From positions 95,484-159,483 of the forward strand of contig DASZTF010000044.1 in NCBI GenBank assembly GCA_035548315.1: 64,000 nt of DNA. The letters are read 5' to 3'. The notes beneath the pieces are model-generated. The model saw only the letters and a program-made list of their open reading frames with translations. It was not told the DNA's origin and made no database searches. Positions 1 to 7,395 of the stretch are shown piece by piece. The DNA is from Minisyncoccota bacterium. GTDB lineage: Bacteria > Patescibacteriota > Minisyncoccia > Phycocordibacterales > Phycocordibacteraceae. How positions within the stretch are numbered: the first letter of the stretch is position 1; the number at the start of each line of letters is the position of its first letter. The position numbers and the translations under genes were made by a program.

Positions 1-1
1 A

Positions 2-439
2 TTCCTACCGTATCTGCGCAGCTGCATCGGTATGGATGAGTTCATCCCGCCCACAGTGCCGGTAGGGAAGCGTCACGCCAATACGCTCCCTCGTCCGGAC
101 GTGCCCGCAGTACTCAAGGCCACGGTGTCTTCCGGGATGAAGGGCGTGTACTTCTCCGATATCGACGGCGATGGGTACACGTCCGCACTCGCCAAGGCGT
201 CCGCACTCAAGCATTCCTCGTGGATCTTGCAAGAACAGGTTCCGCAAGAGGCGCTCCCGATCGTGGTATTCGAGGAAGACGGTACGCGTGTCGTCCGCGA
301 CTACTTTCTGCGCATCACCGCGTATGTGCGTGCGGATGGGGTCGTGGATGCTGAGATCACCGGCCGCCCCGACCGTAAGGTCCACGGCGCGCCCGATTGC
401 ATCCAAATCCCCGTGATCTTGAACCGCGATTCCACCTAA
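2..439 (+). CDS. hypothetical protein, 3' portion (reading frame open to the window edge)
   Basis: ORF continues from position 2 in frame with the 32..439 ORF. High GC3 codon bias on this strand. The antisense 5..406 ORF is Arg-rich and looks spurious. Confidence 0.4.
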   Translation, partial: FLPYLRSCIGMDEFIPPTVPVGKRHANTLPRPDVPAVLKATVSSGMKGVYFSDIDGDGYTSALAKASALKHSSWILQEQVPQEALPIVVFEEDGTRVVRDYFLRITAYVRADGVVDAEITGRPDRKVHGAPDCIQIPVILNRDST

Positions 440-510
440 TCGTGTGCTCCCTCAAACGAGAAAGGGCGGCTGGAAACAGTCGCCCTTTTGTCATGCCGTA
501 TACTGGCGGT

Positions 511-684
511 ATGAAAATCGAATGGAATAAAGTGACGTGGTATTCGAAACTGATCGCTATCGTCGTGTACGTCGGTACGTTCGCGCTCGCGTTTTGGTTC
601 GGCCGCATGTACGAAGCAGCGCACCCCGCATATTCCTTCACGCCGGAGGGCTACCTCATCCCCGAAGGCCCTGCGGCGGAGTAA
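511..684 (+). CDS. small membrane protein (57 aa, one TM helix)
   Basis: ATG at 511 lies 6 nt after a TATACT box (499-504), the leaderless pattern. Hydrophobic stretch IAIVVYVGTFALAFWF. Followed by a hairpin terminator. Confidence 0.45.
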   Translation: MKIEWNKVTWYSKLIAIVVYVGTFALAFWFGRMYEAAHPAYSFTPEGYLIPEGPAAE

Positions 685-686
685 CA

Positions 687-722
687 AAAAGGGGCCGGAA
701 CCTGCGTTCCGCCCCCTTCGCT
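687..722. terminator. bidirectional hairpin terminator; copy 1 of a repeated ~38-nt palindromic element
   Basis: GGGGCCGGAAC-ctgc-GTTCCGCCCCC, A-run upstream and T-run downstream. Sits between convergent genes ending at 684 and 736. Confidence 0.5.
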
Positions 723-735
723 TTTGTTTCGTTGA

Positions 736-1338
736 TTAGTGCCCGTCGAGCAGCACCGCCACTCGGGCGAGTTCTGCTTTCTCGTCCTTGAAGAACGCCT
801 GCACATCGATAAGGAGCCATTCGGGTGGTGTGCGGCACTTGAGGAGGGGGAGCGGATTGTCGAAAATCCGCCCCACTTTCCACAAGATGGCGATCACGTA
901 CGCCGCGGCGCCGATCGTCACCACACCGCTCATGGTCGAGGCGTAGCAGAGGAACGACAGGATGAACAGCAGCGCCACCGACAGGGTGAACAGGATCGCG
1001 TGGATCGGCAGCGGGATCTGTTCATCCCGGCGCTCGAGGAACTTCGCACGGTCGTTCTTTCTGAGCGCGGTGGTCAGCACTTCCGTGCGTTCCCACAAGC
1101 GCGGATAAACATACGCGACCGTGACGCCGAAGAAGAATGCGATCGATCCTGCACCACCAGCGGTGAGCGGGATCTCGTCTTCGTGCGGCGCATGGAAGCC
1201 CGTGAGCCGGAACAACAGATACCAGCCGAGCACTGCTATGGCCGCGATGAGAAGCGGCTCAGTGGCGAGCGCAAAAGCGGTGCGCCATTCCGTGCCATCG
1301 CGATTCGAAAGGCGTTTCAAGTTGGTGCCAAGGATCAT
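736..1338 (-). CDS. hypothetical membrane protein (4 predicted TM segments)
   Basis: 200-aa ORF with GGGAGAG ribosome-binding site 6 nt upstream of the ATG. Hydrophobic helices. No family recognised. Confidence 0.55.
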   Translation of the reverse strand: MILGTNLKRLSNRDGTEWRTAFALATEPLLIAAIAVLGWYLLFRLTGFHAPHEDEIPLTAGGAGSIAFFFGVTVAYVYPRLWERTEVLTTALRKNDRAKFLERRDEQIPLPIHAILFTLSVALLFILSFLCYASTMSGVVTIGAAAYVIAILWKVGRIFDNPLPLLKCRTPPEWLLIDVQAFFKDEKAELARVAVLLDGH

Positions 1339-1402
1339 GGCAATCTCTCCCGGTTACATTCGTATCTATATTGACTCAAAAATAGGAAGCTGTCAAGTAA
1401 GC

Positions 1403-1434
1403 AAAAGGGCCGGAACGTTTGTTCCAGCCCTTCG
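1403..1434. terminator. hairpin terminator; copy 2 of the palindromic element
   Basis: GGGCCGGAAC-gttt-GTTCCAGCCC followed by cttcgc, about 85% identical to the element at 687-722. Sits between the convergent gene ends at 1338 and 1450. Confidence 0.5.
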
Positions 1435-1449
1435 CAATTCAAGAGGTGA

Positions 1450-2457
1450 TCACGACCCATTCAGCAGCTGCAGATACCGATGCATGGTCTGCAGGGCATC
1501 GGTGCCTTCGCCTGCTGCGGCGCTGATGCGCTTGGTCGACCCGAGGCGGACGTCTCCTGCGGCGAACACGCCGGGGATACACGTCTCGCGATGGAGAGGA
1601 CGGCGGTCGCCGCCTTTCCATGCGTCCTGGATCGCCAGCATATCGTGACCCGTGAGCACGAAGTTCTTCGGGTCGAGGCTGATCGTGCCGTTGAGCCATG
1701 CGGTCTTGGGCTGGGCGCCGATGAAGATAAACATTGCGTCCATTTTCATGGTGCGCTTCGTACCGGTCTTACGGTCGTTGAGTTCGATTTCCGTAAGACA
1801 CTCGCCGCCGTCGACCGCGGTCACCTCGACACCCTCGAGCACCTCGATGTTCGGCTGCTTCCGGATGCGATCCACCAAGTATCCCGACATTTCAAGGTCG
1901 AGCTCGCGGCGGATGAGCATCTTTACCTTGGCCGTCGGTTCCGCAGCAAGCTGCATCGCAGCCTGGCCTGCGGAATTGGCGCCGCCCACGACGCACACGG
2001 TTTTACCCGCGTACGCTCCAGACGATTGCTCGGGAACGCCGTAGTAGACGCCGTTGCCAAGGTATGTCGCGAGGTTCGCCGCGCCGAGTGTCCGGTAGGA
2101 CAACCCGTTCGCGAGAATCACGCCCTTGCAGCAGTACTGTTCACCGTCTTCCGTCGTGAGCACGATGCGCTGCCGCTCCGTGTCACGCTTCAGATTGCCG
2201 ATGCGCAGGGGACACAAGAGCTCAGCTTTGAACTTGGCGGCCTGCTTGACGCAGTTGAGCGCGAACTGCTGTCCAGATATCCCTTCTGGGAATGCGGGGT
2301 AGTTCTCGATCCGGCTGCTTCTGCGTGCCTGTCCGCCGAGCTCGGGGCCCGAGTCGAACACGACCGTTTTGAGTCGTTCTGATGCGGCGTTGATCGCGGC
2401 GGCAAGGCCGGCTGGCCCTGCACCCACAATTGCGACGTCGTACTCTTTGATTGGCAT
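1450..2457 (-). CDS. thioredoxin-reductase-like FAD/NAD(P)-binding oxidoreductase (no CxxC; ferredoxin-NADP reductase/YumC-like)
   Basis: N-terminal GAGPAGLAAA Rossmann motif and a second GGANSAGQAA dinucleotide site. C-terminal GVFAAGD motif. The CAxC redox pair of true TrxB is missing. GGAGAAATCACC ribosome-binding site before the ATG at 2457. Confidence 0.8.
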   Translation of the reverse strand: MPIKEYDVAIVGAGPAGLAAAINAASERLKTVVFDSGPELGGQARRSSRIENYPAFPEGISGQQFALNCVKQAAKFKAELLCPLRIGNLKRDTERQRIVLTTEDGEQYCCKGVILANGLSYRTLGAANLATYLGNGVYYGVPEQSSGAYAGKTVCVVGGANSAGQAAMQLAAEPTAKVKMLIRRELDLEMSGYLVDRIRKQPNIEVLEGVEVTAVDGGECLTEIELNDRKTGTKRTMKMDAMFIFIGAQPKTAWLNGTISLDPKNFVLTGHDMLAIQDAWKGGDRRPLHRETCIPGVFAAGDVRLGSTKRISAAAGEGTDALQTMHRYLQLLNGS

Positions 2458-2489
2458 GGTGATTTCTCCTCTAAATTGCCAGAGAGCTT

Positions 2490-2508
2490 TGCGCACATTC
2501 AGTGCGCA
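2490..2508. promoter_or_regulatory. inverted repeat TGCGCAC-attca-GTGCGCA in the promoter of the oxidoreductase gene
   Basis: Perfect 7-bp arms, centred about 40 bp upstream of the 2457 start codon. Candidate operator. Confidence 0.3.
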
Positions 2509-2622
2509 GCATAACATGCATTCTATGGAAAGTCAACTACCAGGTGCACCCTGATTTGAGCCGTTTTGCCCCTTCCGGCAGCGGTATACTAGAGGCATTA
2601 GCCCTCGCACATATATTTATTT

Positions 2623-3054
2623 ATGATTCTCATGATCAACTGGGCAGCAGTCGTCGTGGCAGCGATTATCAATATGGTGCTCGGCATGCTCTGGTATGGG
2701 CCGCTCTTCGGTAAGTATTGGATGAGCGCCACCGGTGTGTCGCGCGATGCGATGCAGAACAATCCGTCTGCTAAGAGCGCGATGTACCGCTCGATGGTGA
2801 TCGCGTTCATCCTCGCGCTCGTGCAGAACTTCGTATTCGCACACATGATCGGCTTCACCTCGGGCCTCTCAGGCATCTCGGGAGTCCAGGACGGCCTCTG
2901 GCTCGGATTCTTCATCTGGCTCGGCTTCGTGCTCCCGGCGCACTCGGGCGTCACGCTCTGGGAAGGGAAGCCGCTCAAGCTCTGGGCCGTCTACTCGGGC
3001 TACTACCTGGTGCTCCTCCTCATCAACGGCGCGGTGCTTGGTGCGTGGATGTAG
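2623..3054 (+). CDS. DUF1761-family membrane protein
   Basis: WYGPLFGKYW motif followed by multiple TM helices, typical of DUF1761. Confidence 0.55.
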   Translation: MILMINWAAVVVAAIINMVLGMLWYGPLFGKYWMSATGVSRDAMQNNPSAKSAMYRSMVIAFILALVQNFVFAHMIGFTSGLSGISGVQDGLWLGFFIWLGFVLPAHSGVTLWEGKPLKLWAVYSGYYLVLLLINGAVLGAWM

Positions 3055-3091
3055 TCATATAAAAGCCAATCGCGCGTCTGGAGACGCGCGA

Positions 3092-3283
3092 TCATAGGCC
3101 AATGGCCAGCAAGATAAGGCTGAGCGCGAGCGTTGCCACCGCAAGCACCGAGAGGGTGTCGAACCCATCTCTACCAAAGCCGTAGTCGAAGTCCAGCTTG
3201 AAGCTGAAGTCATGCCTCATGAGGGCCCGGGTGAAGAACATAAGCACGCTCACAATGAACACTTTTAAGCTTAGTGGCAGCAT
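3092..3283 (-). CDS. small membrane protein (63 aa)
   Basis: Strong AAAGGAGG ribosome-binding site 6 nt before the ATG (MLPLSLK...). Two hydrophobic helices. A hairpin terminator (ATCGCGCGT...ACGCGCGAT at about 3066-3086) lies downstream. Confidence 0.45.
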   Translation of the reverse strand: MLPLSLKVFIVSVLMFFTRALMRHDFSFKLDFDYGFGRDGFDTLSVLAVATLALSLILLAIGL

Positions 3284-3336
3284 AGCCCGCCTCCTTTCGT
3301 CCGGGAGTATCACATAGAACGTGCACATGGGCAACC

Positions 3337-3368
3337 ATCGAATCACCGCATTAATGCGGTGATTCGAT
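3337..3368. promoter_or_regulatory. perfect 15-bp inverted repeat (ATCGAATCACCGCAT-ta-ATGCGGTGATTCGAT) over the -35 region of the island promoter
   Basis: The IR ends 15 bp before the TATACT box at 3384-3389. No T-run follows, so it is an operator rather than a terminator. Confidence 0.5.
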
Positions 3369-3395
3369 CGCTGCCAGGTGGGGTATACTGGGGCT

Positions 3396-3587
3396 ATGGC
3401 AGGGAGGAGGAAAGAAGGGCAGGAACTGATCCGCTCGCTCGTGAAGACGTCGGGCGGGAGGTCCTACAGCATCTCGATCCCCATAGAGGTAATCCGCGCC
3501 TTCCGCTGGGAGAAGCGCCAGAAGCTCGAGCTCTCCATCGACCCCAAGCGCAAAACCATCACCATCTCCGATTGGCCTAAAAAGTAA
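3396..3587 (+). CDS. AbrB/MazE/SpoVT-like small DNA-binding protein (putative controller of the island)
   Basis: 63 aa. SYSISIPIEVIRAFRWEKRQKLELSID resembles the swapped-hairpin AbrB fold. Leaderless (ATG 6 nt after TATACT). Stop codon is 2 nt before the methyltransferase start. Confidence 0.5.
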   Translation: MAGRRKEGQELIRSLVKTSGGRSYSISIPIEVIRAFRWEKRQKLELSIDPKRKTITISDWPKK

Positions 3588-3589
3588 TC

Positions 3590-4576
3590 ATGGCGAAGAC
3601 CTTACATGCTGCGAGGTCGCAGAAAAAGGACGAATTCTATACTCAACTTGCGGATATTGAGAATGAACTAAAGCACTACAAGGATCAGTTCCGAGGCAAG
3701 ACCGTATTTTGTAATTGTGATGATCCACGAGAAAGCAATTTCGTTAAATACTTCACAAACAACTTTGAGAAGCTAGGGCTTAAGAAATTAATAGCGACAC
3801 ACTACAAAGATGCGACTCTGTTTTCTCACGAACCGCCATATAAGTTGGAGTATGTTGGCGATAGAAATGGGAATCATTTGCCAGATCCGAGCGAACTCAT
3901 AACCAAGATGATAAGTGATGGTGATTTCCGTAGTGAAGAGTGCATCGACTTATTGCAGGAAGCAGACATTGTAGTTACCAATCCACCTTTCTCTCTTTTC
4001 AGAGAATACGTTGCTCAGCTTGGTAAGTACAATAAGAAATTTTTGATTATTGGCAACACAAACGCGATCACTTATAGGGAAATATTTGATCTAATCAAGG
4101 AAGACAAAATGCGCACAGGATATACGAATTTCAATATCGGCATGTTCTTTGTTGTACCCGATGACTGGGAACAGTTCCATCACATCGATAAGGATGGAAG
4201 AAAAATTGCACGAGTATCTACTTCATGTTGGTTCACTAACCTCGAAGTTGAACGACATAAAGAGAAAATAACACTCTATAAAAGGTATTCTCCGTCTGAG
4301 TACCCTAAGTATGATAATTATGATGCTATCGAAGTCTCGAAAGTATCAGAAATCCCGATGGACTATGAAGGTAATATGGGCGTGCCAATAACCTTTCTTG
4401 ACAAATTCAATCCAGAGCAGTTTAAGATCATTGGGAGTTTTAACGCAGGTGCTCACGGGGAAGAGCTTGGCGCTGTAAAAACCGAGACGCATACTAAAGG
4501 CAGAGTGATTATGTGGAATGGGCCCGTCGTAAATAAGCAGCCGTTATATAAGCGTATTATTGTTAAGCGGAAATAA
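3590..4576 (+). CDS. N6-adenine DNA methyltransferase, EcoRI-methylase family
   Basis: N-terminal KKDEFYTQ motif and catalytic TNPPF (motif IV) typical of M.EcoRI-like gamma-class methyltransferases. AT-rich codon usage unlike the flanks. Confidence 0.8.
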   Translation: MAKTLHAARSQKKDEFYTQLADIENELKHYKDQFRGKTVFCNCDDPRESNFVKYFTNNFEKLGLKKLIATHYKDATLFSHEPPYKLEYVGDRNGNHLPDPSELITKMISDGDFRSEECIDLLQEADIVVTNPPFSLFREYVAQLGKYNKKFLIIGNTNAITYREIFDLIKEDKMRTGYTNFNIGMFFVVPDDWEQFHHIDKDGRKIARVSTSCWFTNLEVERHKEKITLYKRYSPSEYPKYDNYDAIEVSKVSEIPMDYEGNMGVPITFLDKFNPEQFKIIGSFNAGAHGEELGAVKTETHTKGRVIMWNGPVVNKQPLYKRIIVKRK

Positions 4577-4577
4577 T

Positions 4578-5669
4578 ATGAAAATCGAACTACAGCGTAT
4601 TCCCATTCGCGAAGTGGTTGAAGGGTACAAAGATAGCGCTGAGGAGGGCGTCACTGCTTACGCAGGGAGGCTCGATATTCGGCCTAAATACCAACGTGAA
4701 TTTGTGTACAAGGGACATCAGCGTGACGCCGTCATCGAGACCGTCAAAAAAGGATTCCCCCTTAACGTTATGTACTGGGTGAAAACCGATGAGGGCGGGT
4801 ACGAAGTCTTGGATGGTCAACAGCGAACAATTAGCATTGGGCAGTACGTAAATGGCGACTTTTCGCTTAATGAAAGATACTTCCATAACCTAACTACGGA
4901 AGAGCAGGACCAGATTTTGAATTACGAATTGATGATTTATTTTTGTGAAGGCACTGATAAAGAGCGGCTTGACTGGTTCCGCATCATAAATATTGCTGGC
5001 GAGAAGCTCACCGAACAGGAACTGCGTAACGCCGTTTATACGGGGCCCTGGCTCTCAGATGCAAAGTTAAAATTTAGTAAGTCGAATTGCGCGGCTTATC
5101 TACTTGCGAATGATCATGGAAAGCTGGTTGAAGGCTCGCCAATTAGGCAGCAGTATCTGGAAACTGTGCTGTCCTGGATTAGCGATGAAAAGATTGAGGA
5201 TTATATGGCTCGACATCAGCACGACCCTAATGCCGATGATCTATGGGAATACTTTCAGGGTGTTATCGCATGGGCTCGTAGTACATTTCCGAATTATCGT
5301 CATGAAATGGCGAGTGTCGACTGGGGCAGCTTGTACAACGAATTCAAAGATGCAAAGTTAGATCCTAAGAAGCTAGAGATGGAGGTGAAGGAATTAATGC
5401 AGGACGAAGATGTCACCAAGAAGTCAGGTATATACCCATATCTTCTGACTAAGAAGGAGAAGCACCTGTCGATACGTGCATTTACCGATAAGATGAAGCG
5501 AGAAACTTATGAACGACAAGACGGTATTTGTCCGGTATGTAAGAAGCATTGGGATATTTTAGAAATGGAAGCAGATCACATAACGCCATGGCACGAAGGA
5601 GGTAAAACTACTGCCGACAACTGCCAAATGCTTTGCAAAGAGGATAATCGTAGGAAGTCAGGGAAGTAG
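4578..5669 (+). CDS. DUF262 (ParB/GmrSD-like NTP-binding, DGQQR motif) fused to a C-terminal HNH endonuclease
   Basis: LDGQQRTISIGQY (DGQQR signature) in the N-terminal half. C-terminal CPVCKKH...DHITPWHEGGKTTADNCQMLCKEDNRRK is a zinc-ribbon HNH motif. Start codon is 1 nt after the methyltransferase stop. Confidence 0.8.
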   Translation: MKIELQRIPIREVVEGYKDSAEEGVTAYAGRLDIRPKYQREFVYKGHQRDAVIETVKKGFPLNVMYWVKTDEGGYEVLDGQQRTISIGQYVNGDFSLNERYFHNLTTEEQDQILNYELMIYFCEGTDKERLDWFRIINIAGEKLTEQELRNAVYTGPWLSDAKLKFSKSNCAAYLLANDHGKLVEGSPIRQQYLETVLSWISDEKIEDYMARHQHDPNADDLWEYFQGVIAWARSTFPNYRHEMASVDWGSLYNEFKDAKLDPKKLEMEVKELMQDEDVTKKSGIYPYLLTKKEKHLSIRAFTDKMKRETYERQDGICPVCKKHWDILEMEADHITPWHEGGKTTADNCQMLCKEDNRRKSGK

Positions 5670-5673
5670 GTTT

Positions 5674-6024
5674 ATGGCGTCTAAGAAAACCATCTACGTC
5701 GCACATCCGATCTCGGGGGATTTGGAGGGGAACCAGAAGAAGGTGCTAGCCATTTGCGAAGAAATACATCGCCAGGGAGTTATTCCGGTTGCGCCGTACC
5801 TAGTCTCATTGCAGTACTTTAATGATGACATTCAAGAAGATAGGGAACTCGGGATAGAGGCGAGCCTTGAGCACTTCCGACGCGGATTTGTCGACGAGCT
5901 CTGGCTCTACGGGGACCGCATATCCAAGGGTATGTGGGGAGAAATACGCACGGCTCGTGAACACAACGTCCCTGTATTTGCTAAGACACCAGAAACCGAG
6001 CGAGATCTCGCAAACGAATCCTAG
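5674..6024 (+). CDS. nucleoside 2-deoxyribosyltransferase-like (DUF4406/DNPH1-like Rossmann) protein
   Basis: IYVAHPISGD N-terminal motif and a conserved Glu in GMWGEIRTARE, matching the catalytic Glu of the NDT superfamily. AT-rich like the island. Start codon is 4 nt after the previous stop. Confidence 0.5.
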   Translation: MASKKTIYVAHPISGDLEGNQKKVLAICEEIHRQGVIPVAPYLVSLQYFNDDIQEDRELGIEASLEHFRRGFVDELWLYGDRISKGMWGEIRTAREHNVPVFAKTPETERDLANES

Positions 6025-6028
6025 GATT

Positions 6029-6484
6029 ATGCAGTATTGGTTAATGAAGACGGAGCCGGAGGAGTTCTCGATCGATGACTTGAAACGCATCAAGGTCGAG
6101 CCGTGGTCGGGCGTGCGCAATTACGCCGCGCGCAATTATATGGTGCGGGATATGAAGGTGGGGGACATGGTGCTGTTCTACCACTCGAGCTGCGAGGTGC
6201 CGGGCGTGTATGGACTCGCGAAGGTCTCGCACCTTGCTGAGCCCGACGCCGCGCAGTTCGATAAGAAAAGTAAGTACTTTGATCCGAAGGCAAAGAAGGA
6301 GAAGCCGACCTGGTACGGCGTGCGAGTGCGGTTCGTACGCAAGCTCAAGAAGCCAGTTCCACTCGCGACGCTCAAGAACGAGAAGAAGCTGGCGAACATG
6401 TTCCTTTTCAAGAACGGGCGCCTGTCCGTGGGTCCGGTCACACCGGCGGAATACGCGCACATCGTGAAGCTCGCGGGTGCGTGA
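6029..6484 (+). CDS. EVE (PUA-like) domain protein
   Basis: MQYWLMKTEPEEFSIDDL...WSGVRNYAARNYMRDMKVGDMVLFYHS is the canonical EVE N-terminus. GC returns to the host level. Start codon is 4 nt after the NDT-like stop. Confidence 0.75.
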   Translation: MQYWLMKTEPEEFSIDDLKRIKVEPWSGVRNYAARNYMVRDMKVGDMVLFYHSSCEVPGVYGLAKVSHLAEPDAAQFDKKSKYFDPKAKKEKPTWYGVRVRFVRKLKKPVPLATLKNEKKLANMFLFKNGRLSVGPVTPAEYAHIVKLAGA

Positions 6485-6854
6485 TATGGCGATCGCAGTG
6501 ATAGAGCTGCCGCGGATGCGGCGGGGGACGAGACAATATAAGACGGCCGTGAAGGTGGCGCGCGAGCTCGCGACGGCGCGGGTGCAGCACTTCAATGCGC
6601 ACTATGGTGCGCGGCACACGAGCATCACGATACGCAAGCAGCGTACGCGGTGGGGGAGCGCGAGCACGCGCGGCACGCTGTCATTCAATTACCGGATCGT
6701 GCACCTGCCGCCGGAACTCGTGGACTACATCATCGTGCACGAGCTGTGCCACTTGATCGAGATGAATCATTCGACCCGATTCTGGGCGCGGGTAGCAGAG
6801 ACCGTCCCCGATTGGAAGGAACACCGGAAGGCGCTGCGCCGCTACCGGTTCTAA
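6477..6854 (+). CDS. YgjP/DUF45-family zinc metallohydrolase (short form)
   Basis: HELCHLIEMNHSTRFW is the DUF45/WLM HExxH-type signature. Overlaps the EVE stop by 8 nt. GTG or ATG start at 6477/6486. Confidence 0.5.
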   Translation: MRDMAIAVIELPRMRRGTRQYKTAVKVARELATARVQHFNAHYGARHTSITIRKQRTRWGSASTRGTLSFNYRIVHLPPELVDYIIVHELCHLIEMNHSTRFWARVAETVPDWKEHRKALRRYRF

Positions 6855-6862
6855 GGCGGAGA

Positions 6863-7291
6863 CTATTTACGACCCTTGAGGCGTGCTGCGAAGTGGAAGC
6901 TCGCATACGCGAGATACGCGGCGAATGCGACGCCGACCCAGGAGAGCCAGAGCGGCACCGTGAGGTCCCCCACGATGAGCTCCCAGCCGAACACCAGTCG
7001 CATCGCGTGTATCACGGCGACGAAGAGGAAAATGAGTCCTGCGATGGTGACGAGCATGCGCTCAGATGGTGAGTGGATCGGGCTCTTCATGTGCCAGCCG
7101 TAGTACACCAGCATGAGGAGCAGCGCGACATTGAACACCAGCGCCGGGCCGACGCTGTCGGCGGTAAACGGCGTACCCGCAAGGATCACCGGAGTGAGTC
7201 CGACGGCGCTGAACCACAGCACGAACGCGAGCTTCGCCGCGACCATGCCCGAAAGGAACTTACATGCTTCCCGGAGTGTGTGATGGGTCAT
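6863..7291 (-). CDS. hypothetical membrane protein (4 TM)
   Basis: ORF with an internal start at MTHHTLRE. Hydrophobic helices. No family recognised. Confidence 0.4.
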   Translation of the reverse strand: MTHHTLREACKFLSGMVAAKLAFVLWFSAVGLTPVILAGTPFTADSVGPALVFNVALLLMLVYYGWHMKSPIHSPSERMLVTIAGLIFLFVAVIHAMRLVFGWELIVGDLTVPLWLSWVGVAFAAYLAYASFHFAARLKGRK

Positions 7292-7395
7292 GAAGATAGT
7301 ATGAAGCCGGTGGCAACTTTTACCACCACATGTCCACAGGTGCTCCACGGATAGCTTCCCTGCGGCGCAAGCTTCTCGGGAACTATCCGTTCCGC

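Noticed and set aside
5-406. Minus-strand 133-aa ORF at the window start.
   Set aside because: Arg-rich composition. The plus-strand frame that is open to the window edge has the GC3 bias of the real genes, so the plus strand was preferred.
739-1374. Long antisense ORFs opposite real genes (also 1480-2382, 9828-10970, 24448-25221, 27559-28413, 28728-29675, 51400-52551, 54359-55468, 57358-57990, 18793-19392).
   Set aside because: Their translations are Arg/Ala/Gly-rich, low-complexity and have no motifs, as expected for the non-coding frames of 60%-GC DNA. The opposite strand carries recognisable, motif-bearing proteins.
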